Shown: piece after piece, positions 37,092-49,956 of the stretch
Numbering within the stretch: the first letter of the stretch is position 1
Layout: the number at the start of each line of letters is the position of its first letter
Translations under genes and position numbers: made by a program
Notes under the pieces: model-generated
What the model was told of the DNA's origin: nothing
The model's database searches: none
Seen by the model: the letters and a program-made list of their open reading frames with translations, nothing else
NCBI RefSeq assembly: GCF_036321535.1
Contig: NC_087439.1
Coordinates: 65,472,001 to 65,536,000, forward strand
Source of the DNA: Camelus dromedarius
Taxonomy: Eukaryota
Length of the DNA stretch: 64,000 nt
Direction of reading: 5' to 3'

Positions 37092-37484
37092 TATTGGTTA
37101 GCAAACTGGCTCCCATACATGGAGGGCAAGGAGAGACTGGAAAAAGAGGCGGACCACTCCAGATTGGTTGGCAGCAGGCTTAATAAGCAAGGGAACTTAC
37201 ATACGAGGCTTGTCTTGGGTGGCCACAGGACTAACAGGACTCCTGCCTGCCTACCAGAATCTTAAATAAGTTTATGGAGAGACTGTAACTGGGTTCAGTC
37301 ATGTATTCAGTCCAGATGGTCTCAACAACACCTTACCCACTCAAGGCTATGTCCATGGAACAGCTCCCACGGTGGGATGGTGAGCAGAATATACATTCCA
37401 AGGACTGAGTGAGGATGCCCTGATTGCCCAAGTCCAGCGCTAAGATGAACCAGCAGACGTGCCCTCTAGATGACCTCCCCAACA
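37092..37484 (-). mobile_element. Solo ERV LTR, 393 bp, with 5-bp TSD
   Basis: Termini T(a)TTGG...CCAACA flanked by ATTTA on both sides (37087-37091, 37485-37489). Minus strand has TATA-like ccataaac and a U5-like cttattaagcctgctgccaaccaatctggagtggtc. Confidence 0.8.
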
Positions 37485-37524
37485 ATTTATTAGTGACCAT
37501 GTTTACTGAGCCAAAATTGGTACT

Positions 37525-37870
37525 TCTAGAGGTGGACAGACTCCAGGGTGGCCCCTGCATGATCCTTGCCTTCTGGTATTTATGCTTTTTTTGTGATTCC
37601 CTCTCCTTGAGTGTGATCAGGACCTGAGACTTCCTTTTAACCCATAGGATATTGCAAAGGTGATGGGCTGTCACTCTTATAATTATGTTTTATTATATAA
37701 GACTCCATCTTGATAGAAGACTTGCTCTGGAGGCTCTCCTTGCTGGACAATTAAATGACCATGCTGGGCAAGTCCACATAGAAAGAAGCTGGAGGTCTCT
37801 CCCAGCAGACAGTCAGTAAGAAACTGGAGCACTTAGTCCTACCACCACAAGGAAATGAGTTCTTCTGACA
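37525..37870 (+). mobile_element. MaLR LTR (MLT1D/E-like)
   Basis: ggtggcccctgcatgatcc...gatattgcaaaggtgatgggctgtcact...cagtaagaaactggagcacttagtcctaccaccacaaggaaatgagttct. Confidence 0.85.
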
Positions 37871-38269
37871 TTCTACTCTATTTTGTGCTCCAGAGATTTG
37901 ATTTTCTGCACTACCCATGTTAATTTTATTGCTGTTGGTTTTTAATAATTCTCACTTATCTCAATTTTGTCCTATTTCGTCTCATCTCTTTTCCTATTTT
38001 AAGCATTTTAATATTTTTCACTTCTGTCATCTCATCTGTTTAGCTATATAATTTTCTCCTTTTTTCTAAAGGTGACAAATTGTATACTCGTTTGATGTTA
38101 ATAGTATTATATGAATATATATATGCATTACCAAGCATTTCTGTTTTTAATTTTGGATATTTTACTGCTACCCACATATATTAATTCTTAGGAACACTGT
38201 TTTTAAGATCCAGACTCTTAGCAATATGTATAAAATTTTTCCTTCTCAAGGATAAAAGCATGTTAAGGT

Positions 38270-38718
38270 TGTGGCAGATTTAGTTACCTGTCTTCATTCT
38301 TTATTTCTTGGTAGCCATATATGGCATCTTCACCCTTACCATAGCCTCATGGCAAACGTGAGGTAGATCTTTCCCATCCTATTAATGTAGATCTTGGTCA
38401 CATGACTTACTTTGGCCAATGCATTGTCAGGGATAGGACACAAACAGAACATTGAAAAGTTCTTGGTCTCTTGCATTTCTGCCATTGCCAAGAGACAAAC
38501 ATCATGGGTAGCCTGTGGGAGTCTGAAAAATGCAAGGCACATAGAGTAGACACAAACTGATCTGTAGTCTGAATACAAGCCCCCTTGATCTTTCTCTGAA
38601 ATTAGCTGAGCTTTCAGAACTTGTCAGGTGAATGAGAAATGAACACTTCCTGCCATATGCTGCTGAGTTTTGGCATTGTTTGAGGTGCACATTTTTGTGG
38701 AAACAGCTTATTAATACA
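38270..38718 (+). mobile_element. MaLR LTR (MLT1H-like), near complete
   Basis: Starts tgtggcaga, contains ggtcacatgacttactttggccaatg, and ends ...gctgagttttgg...taataca. Confidence 0.8.
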
Positions 38719-40166
38719 CAAGTCTAGAAATAATTTGTTAGTATTTACTGGTTTTAAAATAACTGATAATAAAATAACTTTCTTTATTCTGTATTACTAT
38801 TCAAAACTTCAAGATGGAAACTTAGGAAATATAATTCTAAGTAAATTCCTAATCTGTTCTTATTGGTTCCAAAGTGGTTCACTTGTCTTTATTTCTTAGA
38901 TTTTTTTCCCTCTCTTCTGTTGATGTTGACCTGTGCATGTTATGATCTTCTTAGAAAAATTCTGAAAAATAATTTTCAATGTGCTGTCTTTGAATCTGAT
39001 AACATATTTAGCAGAATTCAAGGGAAAGATATTTTACTATACTGAATGACTCATTTGGCAATTTTGTGTTCTACCATTGATTATTTTCTAAAATAAGTCT
39101 TTATATTTTTAAAAGAATTATTTCCAGTTCCAGAGTAATCACACCAATTAGAATTTTCCAAGCAGGTGTATTCTTGGAATTTATTTTAATGACTGTACAG
39201 CAGTCTGAAACTCATGGTGCACACTATTGCACCTTGAGTATTTTTGATCCTGAAAATGAGTACTTCAGTGCATTATCTTCTGAGAAATAGTATCATAATA
39301 ACCTCAAGAATTATTAGAACATAGCTACTTTGCTATCATGGGGTGGTTTCAGCACACACAAATTGAATTCTAAGTAATAAGAGCAAGACCACAATGTTAA
39401 AGGGTTTGCAAGGTAATTTTTTGGATCACAAAATATGAGACCTAACTCTTTCCCAAGAACGATACAGATTCCCATTTACAAGCTTTGCATCACATTGAAA
39501 TTTGGTTACTATCTCAGATCTGTAGGATACCTCAGTGTCCCTCAAGTCTCTACAAACCAGTCTGACTTTGACAGTTCTTTGGTTGTCCTAAAACAACTTA
39601 GTGTTTACTCATAGGAGTAATAAAACAATAAGGCAAGTAATCCTAAGTGGGACTGAATGAAAGAAAGAGATAAAAACCACTCTAAATGGGGTTGTTCTCA
39701 ACTGAAAATGCTGAAATGACTCATGAATGCTTTATCCTCCTCTACTTAATACAGATTCTGGTTGCTCTTTTTGCAGGAGTTCCTCAAGACCTCATCATGT
39801 AAGTCTTCTCTTAAGAAGTAGTGTAACTATTTTTGTGAAACCTCTAGCAGCCCCACACAGACGTAAATGGTTTGCCACGCTGCTTTCCTTTCTATCAGCT
39901 ACTCTATTGTTTATTAACTGCCTCTGTATTTCTCTTTGCATTAGATGGTGAACTCTTTGAGAGCAGAGTATGACTTGTAGTAATATAAAGCTGGGAACTT
40001 CGTTAACACCCAAAAATATATCCGTAGAATTAAAGGTTAATCTCAGACAGAGAACTAAGAACAGGGATCTACTTTTCTCTTATTTTACTCTTAACGCTGG
40101 GAAACTAAATCACACATCTTAATCAAAAATCTTTTCTCAACCATATATGTTAGCGTTGTCACAGTG

Positions 40167-40246
40167 AAATATTTCTTACTGCTAGTTTATTTGATATTAA
40201 GTTGATGTTAACTAGCAGTAAGAAATATTTGATATTAAGTTGATGT
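40167..40246. repeat. Perfect 21-bp inverted repeat with overlapping 21-bp direct repeat
   Basis: aaatatttcttactgctagtt (40167-40187) pairs with aactagcagtaagaaatattt (40210-40230). tatttgatattaagttgatgt occurs at 40188-40208 and 40226-40246. Confidence 0.95.
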
Positions 40247-43200
40247 AGAAAACAAAAATTTAGCTTTATTGTTTGGGTATATGAATGTCTCATATACACC
40301 TAAGAGTTATCTGGGGGACCTGCAGATACAGGCTTTCCCCATTTACTGAGCTATCTAACTGAATCGAAATATTATTTTTGAATGCATCAAAATTAGGTTT
40401 CTTTTAATTTTTTTTTTAAAACCACAATAAGTAGTATCATTTTCTCACTTAACCATCTCTCTGTAAACTTTTCTAAACTCCGCTTCTTGGGAATTTCTAT
40501 TTCCCACTTGCTCCCACATGGTTTTCACGCGTTGCCAAAAATCGTCCTCATTTCTGTTCCTCTCAGCAGTTTGAGTTATCATGGTTGACATAAATTGTTA
40601 CTTACTCCTTTCTATGGAAAATTTAAGTGTTGTATGATATTGAAGAGCAGGAAACTGAAGGCGGCAGGAGACAACAGCATTTCTGCAACAGTACTTTTTT
40701 ATGACAGACATCATGCAGCTAATCCCACATTAAATAATTACAATATGCAACAGTAAGAGTTGACAAGAGTTAAAAATACTGAGCCAAACCTGTGTCCCGG
40801 CACAGGTAGCTGGAGGTGAACTGGTGGGGCTGTTGACAGACAGAGATGAAGTGATAAGACAGGCCTCAGAATTAAGCTAGACAATACACTTAAAATTTTA
40901 TTTTTGGCAATTGTGAAAGCCTAACAGTTCTAGGTTCAGACTTTCCTTGAACAAAACCAGTATTTGTGGACTTAGAGGAAAGAACTGTCCATTTGCTTAT
41001 AATCAATAAGTTGCTAACAGATTCTTATAAGGAATTGATGTATTGCTGAAGGTGAGAGCAAGTATTTCCATGATGTCCGCAATTCGGTGTGTGCTTATAC
41101 AGCATCCTGGTTCTTTACAAAGAGACCTGTGGTTTGGATGATGTTAGGAGACAGATGGTTACTACAACAAAGAATGTTGAGAAATTTCACTGAAGAAATG
41201 TGTTTGAATATTTTTATACATTGATGTACATTTCTAGTGACCTGCGAATAAATTTATCACTGGGGCAAGTGTGGAACAAATGGCACCGTCATTCCAGTGC
41301 TCAAGAGGTGCCATGTCTGAACATGTTTGTTTTAACCCCACGTGAGTCATCACACACTTCGGAACTGCTTCATGTCACAAGCAGAGTATGCTACCTTCTC
41401 ATGCTAACCTGATGGTGGTATTTGCCCTTTTAAAGATTTTAATGCATTAGTAACTTGGATTCCTAATGTGTAAGTAAATGGTAAAATCCAAGTGATAAGT
41501 CTTTTCAGAGAAAAAAGAAGAATTTGATAGTTCTTCTCTTAGAAACCTATTCAACTAAAAAGAGTAGTTTAAAGGAAAAGATTTAACTGGCACTTAAAAT
41601 ATGTAATTTCTTGTTTCTTTAGCTTTGTGTTTAGGTAATGATGGGAATCATTCAACAGTCAAAATTGCAAAGAAAAGGTGGTGTTGATTTCTGAATTTTG
41701 AGATTTATTTTATTCAATCAAGTAATTTTACCATATGAGAAAAAATGAGTTATAGATTCTAAAGACACAAATTGAGGATATAACATCAGAGGAAAATGCA
41801 AAGTTAATTTATCTAAATGCCCTTCAAAACAAAAATTTTAAGTAGTCTTAGCAGATTGAGTAGCATTATATCATAATTTATCTTACTTTAAGTATTTAAA
41901 CTTACCAGGTATTGGGAACTTAAAGGCTCTATCTTCAGATGACAATTTGATTATTTTCGTCATTATATAAGTATAATTTTTGAGAAATTATGTGATGTTA
42001 TTTTGGGCGTTCAGTTCACTGAAAAGATACATGAAATTTGTGAGCTAATTTTTTCAATGTTATGTTGAACTGTTATCTGCTAAGGCTTACAAAATGCTAA
42101 CTATTAGAAATGAAATCACTTCTTAAAACAAATTGGATTTTTTTTTTTTGCTTTATTGTTTAAAACTTGGTGACATCACGAACACATTGGAGGAGTTGGC
42201 CATCTGTCATTATCATTCTTATGAAACTGACTTGAGATGCTTGGTAACAATGAGACACTTCTCTAAGAGAAATATAGATCCTGTTACCCGTTACAAATGA
42301 CCCTTTCCTTTTTAATATTTGCCTCAAAAATTTGCAGATAGAAGTTGGAAATGGACAGGGAACTTGTACTCCTAATTATGATCCCCCTAAATTCTTCTGT
42401 CATTCTCCTGCATTTATGAAGTGCATGGGGGTTGGCTTCTAGAGGATGGTAATGTTGGACACAGACATTATTCTTTGCTCACATAACTAGTTAATCCCAG
42501 CTTCTTAGCCCTCTCTTGTCATTGCAGGGACCTTAGAAGGCGGCTGTATTCTTGGAGGCATTACTATCAGCCAGCTGTCATTTACCCTCCCAGGAAAATG
42601 ACTACAGCCCATAAAGCTGACTTCTTCCCTGGAATTAAAACTCATGGGCTAGTTGCACACACGCTGAACCTTAGGATGCATGTCCCAAGTGTTAAAGATG
42701 AGCCCAGTATGTTGTTCAAACTGCATTCATATTTTTCACACATATCTTTAGCTTTAACCATGCACTTAACCTGTCAGCTTCCTTGGGCCCCTTCTGATTG
42801 ACCTGGGAAATTGAATGCATAAGCCTGTCATGCATGTCCTTTCTCTTGCTTCCCTGGTGTGGTCTGAACTTGACCATGTCCTTACATTTGTCTGACATCT
42901 GGGTCTCTGACTTTGTGTAGTAGTGACATATTCTATTTCTAAAAGAATTATCACTTTATCATAATCAGTAGCTTTTACATTGGCCAGATGCTTTATTCTC
43001 TCTTGCTCTCACCTGTTCATGATCTCCACGACCCTCTCTCAACTGTGACTGAAATTACCACTTGGCACAGATTTTTGAGAATCATTTGATTTGCACTTGA
43101 TGTTTTATTATCAGTCCAGATGGCAGAAAATGTTTGCCTACTTTTGATTTAGAAAATAGAGTGAGTTTGGTCATAATCAACTGCTAGATTCCTCGTAGAA

Positions 43201-43579
43201 AGTGAGAAGAATGTCATATTAGCCTCAGACTGAATGGTCACGAATTCCAAATTAGTGTCTTAAGGAAATGCTAATTATTTGTACACTAAAGACTCTCATA
43301 TTTGAATATCTATTGATATAAAACAGCTTCCAAAGACAAAATAAAATAGAGTTTATCTTTTGTAGCAATTTGTAGATGATAATATATTAAAATTTCATTT
43401 AAAAATAGGGTTCTTGAATGTATAAGAGTGATTCAAGAAGTATACTGTTCTTTTTGGGTTCTTCATATAAGTATGACTTGTGTTTCTTATTTTCTTGCTT
43501 CCTATTGGTTCTTCCTCTCAGTCAGATCTGTTTTCTCCTTCCATCACTTTAATGAAGCCATTTTTAAAAAATTACCAAC

Positions 43580-43895
43580 ATATTAACTTGCTAGGACTGC
43601 CAAAACCACAGACAGGCTGTTAAACAACAGAAATTCATTTTCTCACAGCTCTGGAGACTAAATGACCAAGTTCAAGGTGTTGGTAGGCTGAGTTCCTTCT
43701 GCAGCCTCTTTCCTTGGTTTGAAGCTGGTCATCTTCTCCATTTGTCTTCACATGTTCTCCCCTTAGTGTATGTTTGTGTCCACATTTCCTCTTTTTATAA
43801 GGACACCAGTCATATTGAATTACATTAAGTCTCACCAAATGATCTCATTTTAACTAAATTACCTGTGTAAAAATCCTATCTCCACATATAGTCCA
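43580..43895 (-). mobile_element. MaLR LTR (MLT1B-like)
   Basis: ttaaacaacagaaattcattttctcacagctctggagac...tttttataaggacaccagtcatattg...tcattttaactaaattac. Confidence 0.9.
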
Positions 43896-44068
43896 TGGCC
43901 AAATATAAAGCCATCTACAAACCAAGGAGAGACGCTTTGGAAGAAACCAACTCTGCTGACACCTTGAACTTAGACATTTAGCCTCCAAGACTCTGAGAAA
44001 ATAAATTTTTGTTGTTTAAACCAGCTGGTCTGTGATACTTTGTTATGGCAACTCTAGCACATAAAATA
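43896..44068 (+). mobile_element. MaLR LTR (MLT1A/B-like) 3' half
   Basis: gaagaaaccaactctgctgacaccttgaacttagac...ctgagaaaataaatttttgttgtttaaacc...tttgttatggcaactctagca. Confidence 0.9.
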
Positions 44069-44744
44069 AAATAAAATGCTCATTATTTCAGAATAAAAGA
44101 AAAATGCTCAGTGATCTTATTCATCATCCCCAAGTTTAAAGCAAGGTAGCTCACTAAGTGTGTAGGAGGGAAACAGCATAAAAAGTTAGAGACTTGAGAT
44201 GCAAGAGAAAGGGTGAATATTTGAGAGAAAAAAATGCTAGAGAAGTGTTTTGTATCATTGTTTAGCCTTGAGAGCTGTAATTTAAATAGATGCGATATGA
44301 GAAGCATAAAGCGAAGACCTAGTTTCTCTGGCTGAGGAGAGGCTTAGAAGACAGAGCCCAGCTGTGAGGACTTGGAACACTATTCAAGATCCACTATCCT
44401 AGAGGAAGTAGGAAAGGATGGCAGCAGTCCAAGGCAAGGAGAAAGAATGTTTTCTTGAGAGAAGAGGAAAGAAAGAGAAGATGTGAGAATAGAGAGCAAA
44501 TTAGCAGGTAAGATTTAATACGTTGCCTCTAAGGGGTATATGAAATAAGGACCAATCCTTTACATTAAACAGTACAATTTGAAAGAGATAAATTTTAGAT
44601 TTCTGTACAGATACTTGGTGGAGGTATTTTTGGATGGTGGTCTTAGGACATTCTACTGAGATGGCTGCTTTGTAAGATCAGCCTTGAGCTCTGAGAAATA
44701 CCCATTTGAAGGGGTCAGATTAAGTGGATTTTATAGACATTCAC

Positions 44745-44915
44745 TTTGGAGTAAGAAAGATTTTTTTAAAATCCTGGCTCAGTTATTAAGGAATTATGTA
44801 GCTTTGGGCAGGTTAATTAACATCAAATTGTTCTCCCCTATGGGATGCAAATGTGCAGTGATGTCTACTGTATGGAGATGCTGTAAGAATTAAATGAGCC
44901 CACGCATGTGAAGGA
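44745..44915 (+). mobile_element. MIR SINE
   Basis: aatcctggctcag...tgtagctttgggcaggttaattaac...gctgtaagaattaaatgag. Confidence 0.75.
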
Positions 44916-45469
44916 GGCAGTGTTTCCTGTTGTGACGAATGAATGCCGATGTTGACATCTGCTAGATCTATAGATCTGCTGGAGCAGTAAACAGGTTCTT
45001 ATTCATCCCTTCAAGCTAAAGATCTGAAAGTGCACTTAATTTAATTTAAATTAATCATTAAAAGGAAAGTGCTGGCTTTAGGGATGAAACCAAGTGATCA
45101 CAAAGGAAATGTCCAAGAATTATACATGTACTTTATTAGCTATCCACCATTTTATGAAGTAATTTAATTTTTAAATAAACTTATAAGATTGACTGTCTCT
45201 TCTTTCCCACAAAAAGAAACTGGCAGGAATTTTTAGAGAACATTTTGCAGAATGTAGGAAATCTAGTTAATCCTGAGTGCAATATGTTTCTAAATTTATT
45301 AGTTCTGAAGATGTATTGCACAGAACATCTCTAAAGTTCTACCTGTAATTATCTCCAGTTGGTATAATGAAGAAAAAGGAAACAGCAGCAGCCTAAAAAT
45401 GTGGGAAGTTCGCAGCAGAATATTTCTGTAATTATGTACTCTTGGAAAAAGAGGAGTTAAAACCCAGTA

Positions 45470-47820
45470 TAGGCATACCTCATTATTTTGTGCTTCACCT
45501 TTATTGTGCTTTAAAGATACTATGTTTTATTTTTAAAAAATTGAAGCTTTGTGGCAACCTTGAGTTGAGCAAGTCTATTGGTGCCATTTTTCCAACAGCA
45601 TTTGCTCACTTCGTGTCCCTGTGTCACNNNNNNNNNNNNNNNNNNNNNNNNNNNNNNNNNNNNNNNNNNNNNNNNNNNNNNNNNNNNNNNNNNNNNNNNN
45701 NNNNNNNNNNNNNNNNNNNNNNNNNNNNNNNNNNNNNNNNNNNNNNNNNNNNNNNNNNAGACGGGGAGCTTAATAAATATTGTGTGTGTTCTGTTTCACT
45801 GACCAACTCTCCCCCTCTCCTCAGGGCTTCCTAATTCCCTGAGACACACACAATAATGTTGAAATTAGGCCAATTAAGCACTCATGTCTCTCACTTTAAA
45901 TTCTCATTTTACATAAAAAGCTAGAAATATTTAAGATTAGTGAGGAAGGCATGTCGAAAGCAGAGAAAGGCCAAAAGCTAAGTATCTTGTATAAAACAGC
46001 ATCAAATGAAAATGAAGAGTTCTTAAAGGAAATTAAAAGTGCTACTCCAGGGAACACATGAATGATAAGAATGCAAATCAGCCTTATTGCTGACATGGAA
46101 AAAGTCTGAGTGGTCTGGATAGAAGATCAAACCAGCCATAACATTCCCTTAAGTCAAAGCCTTAACAGAACAAGGCCCTAACTCCTCAATTCTATAAAGG
46201 CNNNNNNNNNNNNNNNNNNNNNNNNNNNNNNNNNNNNNNNNNNNNNNNNNNNNNNNNNNNNNNNNNNNNNNNNNNNNNNNNNNNNNNNNNNNNNNNNNNN
46301 NNNNNNNNNNNNNNNNNNNNNNNNNNNNNNNNNNNNNNNNNNNNNNNNNAAATTTAGCTAAGAGATTAATGAAGGTGGCGCCATTGAACAACAGATTTTC
46401 AGAGTAGATGAAACAAGCCTTGTGTTGGAAGAAGATGCCACATAGGACTTTTGTAGCTAAAGAGAAGTTGATGCCTGGCTGCAAAGCTTCAAAGGAACAG
46501 GATAACTGTTTTGGTAGGGGCTAATTCAGCTGATGACTTTAAGTTGAAGCCAATGCTCATTCACTATTTAGNNNNNNNNNNNNNNNNNNNNNNNNNNNNN
46601 NNNNNNNNNNNNNNNNNNNNNNNNNNNNNNNNNNNNNNNNNNNNNNNNNNNNNNNNNNNNNNNNNNNNNNNNNNNNNNNNNNNNNNNNNNNNNNNNNNNN
46701 NNNNNNNNNNNNNNNNNNNNNNNNNNNNNNNNNNNNNNNNNNNNNNNNNNNNNNNNNNNNNNNNNNNNNNNNNNNNNTCTAATGGAAATGAATGATGAGA
46801 TTAATGTTATTTTCAAGCTGCTGACACAACGTCCACTCTGCAACCCATGGATCAAGGAGTAATTTTGACTTTCAAGTTTTATTATCTAAGAAATCCATGT
46901 CATAAGGTCATAGCTGCCATAAATAGTGACTCCTCTGATGAATCTAAGTAAAGGAAATTGAAAACCTTTTGGAAAAGATTCACCATTCTAAATGCCATTA
47001 AAAACACTCATGATTCACGGGAAGGGGTCAAAATATCAACAGTAACAGGAAGAAGTTGATTCCAACCCTCCAGGACGGCTTGGAGAAATTCAAGACATCA
47101 GTGGAGGAAGTAACAGCAGATGTGGTGAAAATAGCAAGAGAACTAGAATTAGAAGTGGAGCCTGAAGATGTGACTGAATTCCTGCATTCTCATGATGAAG
47201 CTGAAATGGATGAGGAGTTGTTTTNNNNNNNNNNNNNNNNNNNNNNNNNNNNNNNNNNNNNNNNNNNNNNNNNNNNNNNNNNNNNNNNNNNNNNNNNNNN
47301 NNNNNNNNNNNNNNNNNNNNNNNNNNNNNNNNNNNNNNNNNNNNNNNNNNNNNNNNNNNNNNNGATTGACTACAAAATTGAAAGAAGTTCTACTGTGGGT
47401 ATATTGCAGTCAAACAGCACTGCATGCTACAAAGGAGTTCTTTGTGAAAGATGAGTCAATTTATGCGGCAAACTTTGTTGTTGTCTCATTTTAAGAAATT
47501 GCCACAGCTGCCCTAACCTTCAGCAGCCACCACCCTGATCAGTCAGCACTGAGGCAAGACGTTCTACCAGCAAAAGGATTATGACTTGCTGAAGGCTCCG
47601 ATGATGCTTAGCCTTCTTTAACAAGAAAGTATTTTTAAATTAAGGTATGTACTATTGTTTAGACATAATGTTATTGCATACTTAATAGACTACACTATAG
47701 TATAAACATAGCTTTTATACACACTGGGAAACTAAAAGAATTGCGTGACTCAATTTATTATGATTTTGCTTTATGGTAGTGGTCTGGAGCTGAATCCGCA
47801 ATATCTCGGAGAAATGCCTA
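45470..47820 (+). mobile_element. Near full-length Tigger1-family (TcMar/pogo) DNA transposon with decayed transposase
   Basis: Left end TA-(t)aggcatacctc and right end atatctcggagaaatgccta. Transposase remnants GANSADDFKLKPMLIH and [31 protein letters not shown]. Four internal N gaps (45628-45758, 46202-46350, 46572-46777, 47225-47363). Confidence 0.95.
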
Positions 47821-49033
47821 CATGTACTGAATATGTTAAAAGTTAGGCATTGAGTTTATTTTATTTAAAATAAGGAGGCCAGGCTAGAGAAATATGATTC
47901 CCATGTTATATAAAGTGATTGCGTCACTGGTCCTCTTCTTACTGGATGTTAAGAGAGAAGGAGGTTTAAAAGGCAAGCCCCCACTTTTGCCATAGCAGCC
48001 TCGGGGGAAGGCGCATGCAGAGGCCTGTTTCTAGCAGACATGACTGCAGTGGGAAGCACAAGACAGCAGAGTGAGGACCCAACCCTGACCTGGGAACGGA
48101 GGCTTCTGTGGTGCAGATCCTGCTTATGCAGGTTATGACTTGAGACTAAACAAGACCCCAGTGTGATCCTCTAAAACAGCTTATTCCATAATCCAAGAAA
48201 GGTCAGAAGTATCACAAATGTCAGCAGCCGTATTCATCTTCAGAGAGTTGCCTGTGCCAAGCAAGTGTCCTCTGCTGGGTGTGAAAATGGGAAAGAGCAC
48301 TTGGTGCCACTTGGATGATTTCCTTGTCCACAGAACCTCATGTAGTTCCTCACTGTTTTCCTTTTTCTCTTGTTAAAATGCTGGATGTCACCATTTAAAC
48401 CAAGCTGAGGGCAAGGATGATTTGAATGTGATAGTCCAGAGACTGTCCAGTGTAACTCTGCTTTATTCATCAAAGCCAGTGACTCTGAACTAGGAATTTT
48501 GAGTCCTGTGGTCAAAGCTTGGGGATTAGTAAATAAACTCTTGTCTTTCATTTGGAATACAAGATGTTTTATTTGACGAAGCAGCATTCATATTTTCTCA
48601 ATTTCCTGAGCTTTCAATAAGACCATAGTTCCAAAAGACATACTAAATTTAAAAAATACAAACATAAAATACAAAGCAGTGAAAACACCATTGTCCATAT
48701 TTATTTGTTGAGTGAAAATCTTACTCTTCCAAGGTTGTCATCCTGTTACCTGTTATAAACTTCTACTAATATAATAATTTGACAAGGATGAAATCAAATT
48801 TTGTCTGAGATCAATTTATTATCCCTCCATTCCTGTTAAGAAGAAGAAAAAAAAAAAAACTCAAAAGCTAAAATACAACTTCAGAGTCACTGAAGTCTCT
48901 CTTAACCACAATAGAAAGATTACATTAAAACCAGAAGCACATTTTCATCTGTATCAAAAATGTGATTGGATTGCTTAAGCAAGATATTAAACCAAATGAA
49001 ATTCTGCCCAAGTCAATGCACAAGCTCTACAGA

Positions 49034-49066
49034 TTTGTTTGTTTGTTTGTTTGTTTGTTTGTTTGT
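49034..49066. repeat. (TTTG)n microsatellite
   Basis: About 8 tandem TTTG units read directly. Confidence 0.95.
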
Positions 49067-49956
49067 TTTGACAATGGAGACACATTGAAGACTGACACCA
49101 AATAGAAAAGATAGCTTTTGAAGTCATATTATTTTGATGGGGACTCCCTTACCATTCCTCCATCAGAATGTGCTATCCCATTATGAAGAACCTCCAAACT
49201 GCTTTTATGGAGTTTATATTCATTGTATTCCTGTCCTGAATGATATTACTTCTGTTCAAGTAAGAATTCTTATCTTTCCTTAGTTATCTAGACTATCTCA
49301 AAAGAATCAAGGTATTTTGCAGCCTTTTTTATGAGACAGTGAAGCCAATTCCTCAGCCTACCTCCCCACACAATTCCTCTGGCAATTTAATACTTTAATA
49401 ACAATTTTGAAAGATTATTTTCAAGTGTTATACACTTTATTGGATTAATTTTATTCATTTTATAATTAGTAGAAAATCTTTAGTATTGGCATATAGATTT
49501 ATAAGGACCCATTAGGTCATTCATATTTAAATGGACTTGTTCCAATAATCACATCTACTCTCTTTCCACTTATAGCTTTTGTTGATCAATTCTCTCACCT
49601 AATTACTAAAATGACAAAATTTTTTTGACATGTTCAGTCATACAGAGCTATTTTGAAAGTCTCTGTATGTGTTGATAGTTTTAAACTTGTATTTTTGCCT
49701 GAAGTGAATAAAAATAAATACAGATAAATTAAAATATTAATATAAATTAGTTTCTCTTATAGTCATAAAAATTCTTGAGAAATTCATGTATCCTTTCCTT
49801 CTATCTTCATGATAGCCATTTGTGAAGCCATTTTAACTTATTTGTTAGATTTATCCATGTAGTCCATGTGGTTTATACCTTAAAAGGAGTATTTTGCCCT
49901 AAAACTTAGCAAACTAGAAATGGAAGGAAAACTTCCTTAAATTAATAAAGAGTATC

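Noticed and set aside
45442-47494. ORFs containing X runs (also 2322-2700 and 55691-56008)
   Set aside because: Artefacts of translating through N gaps. The informative parts are Tigger1, L2 or L1 remnants.
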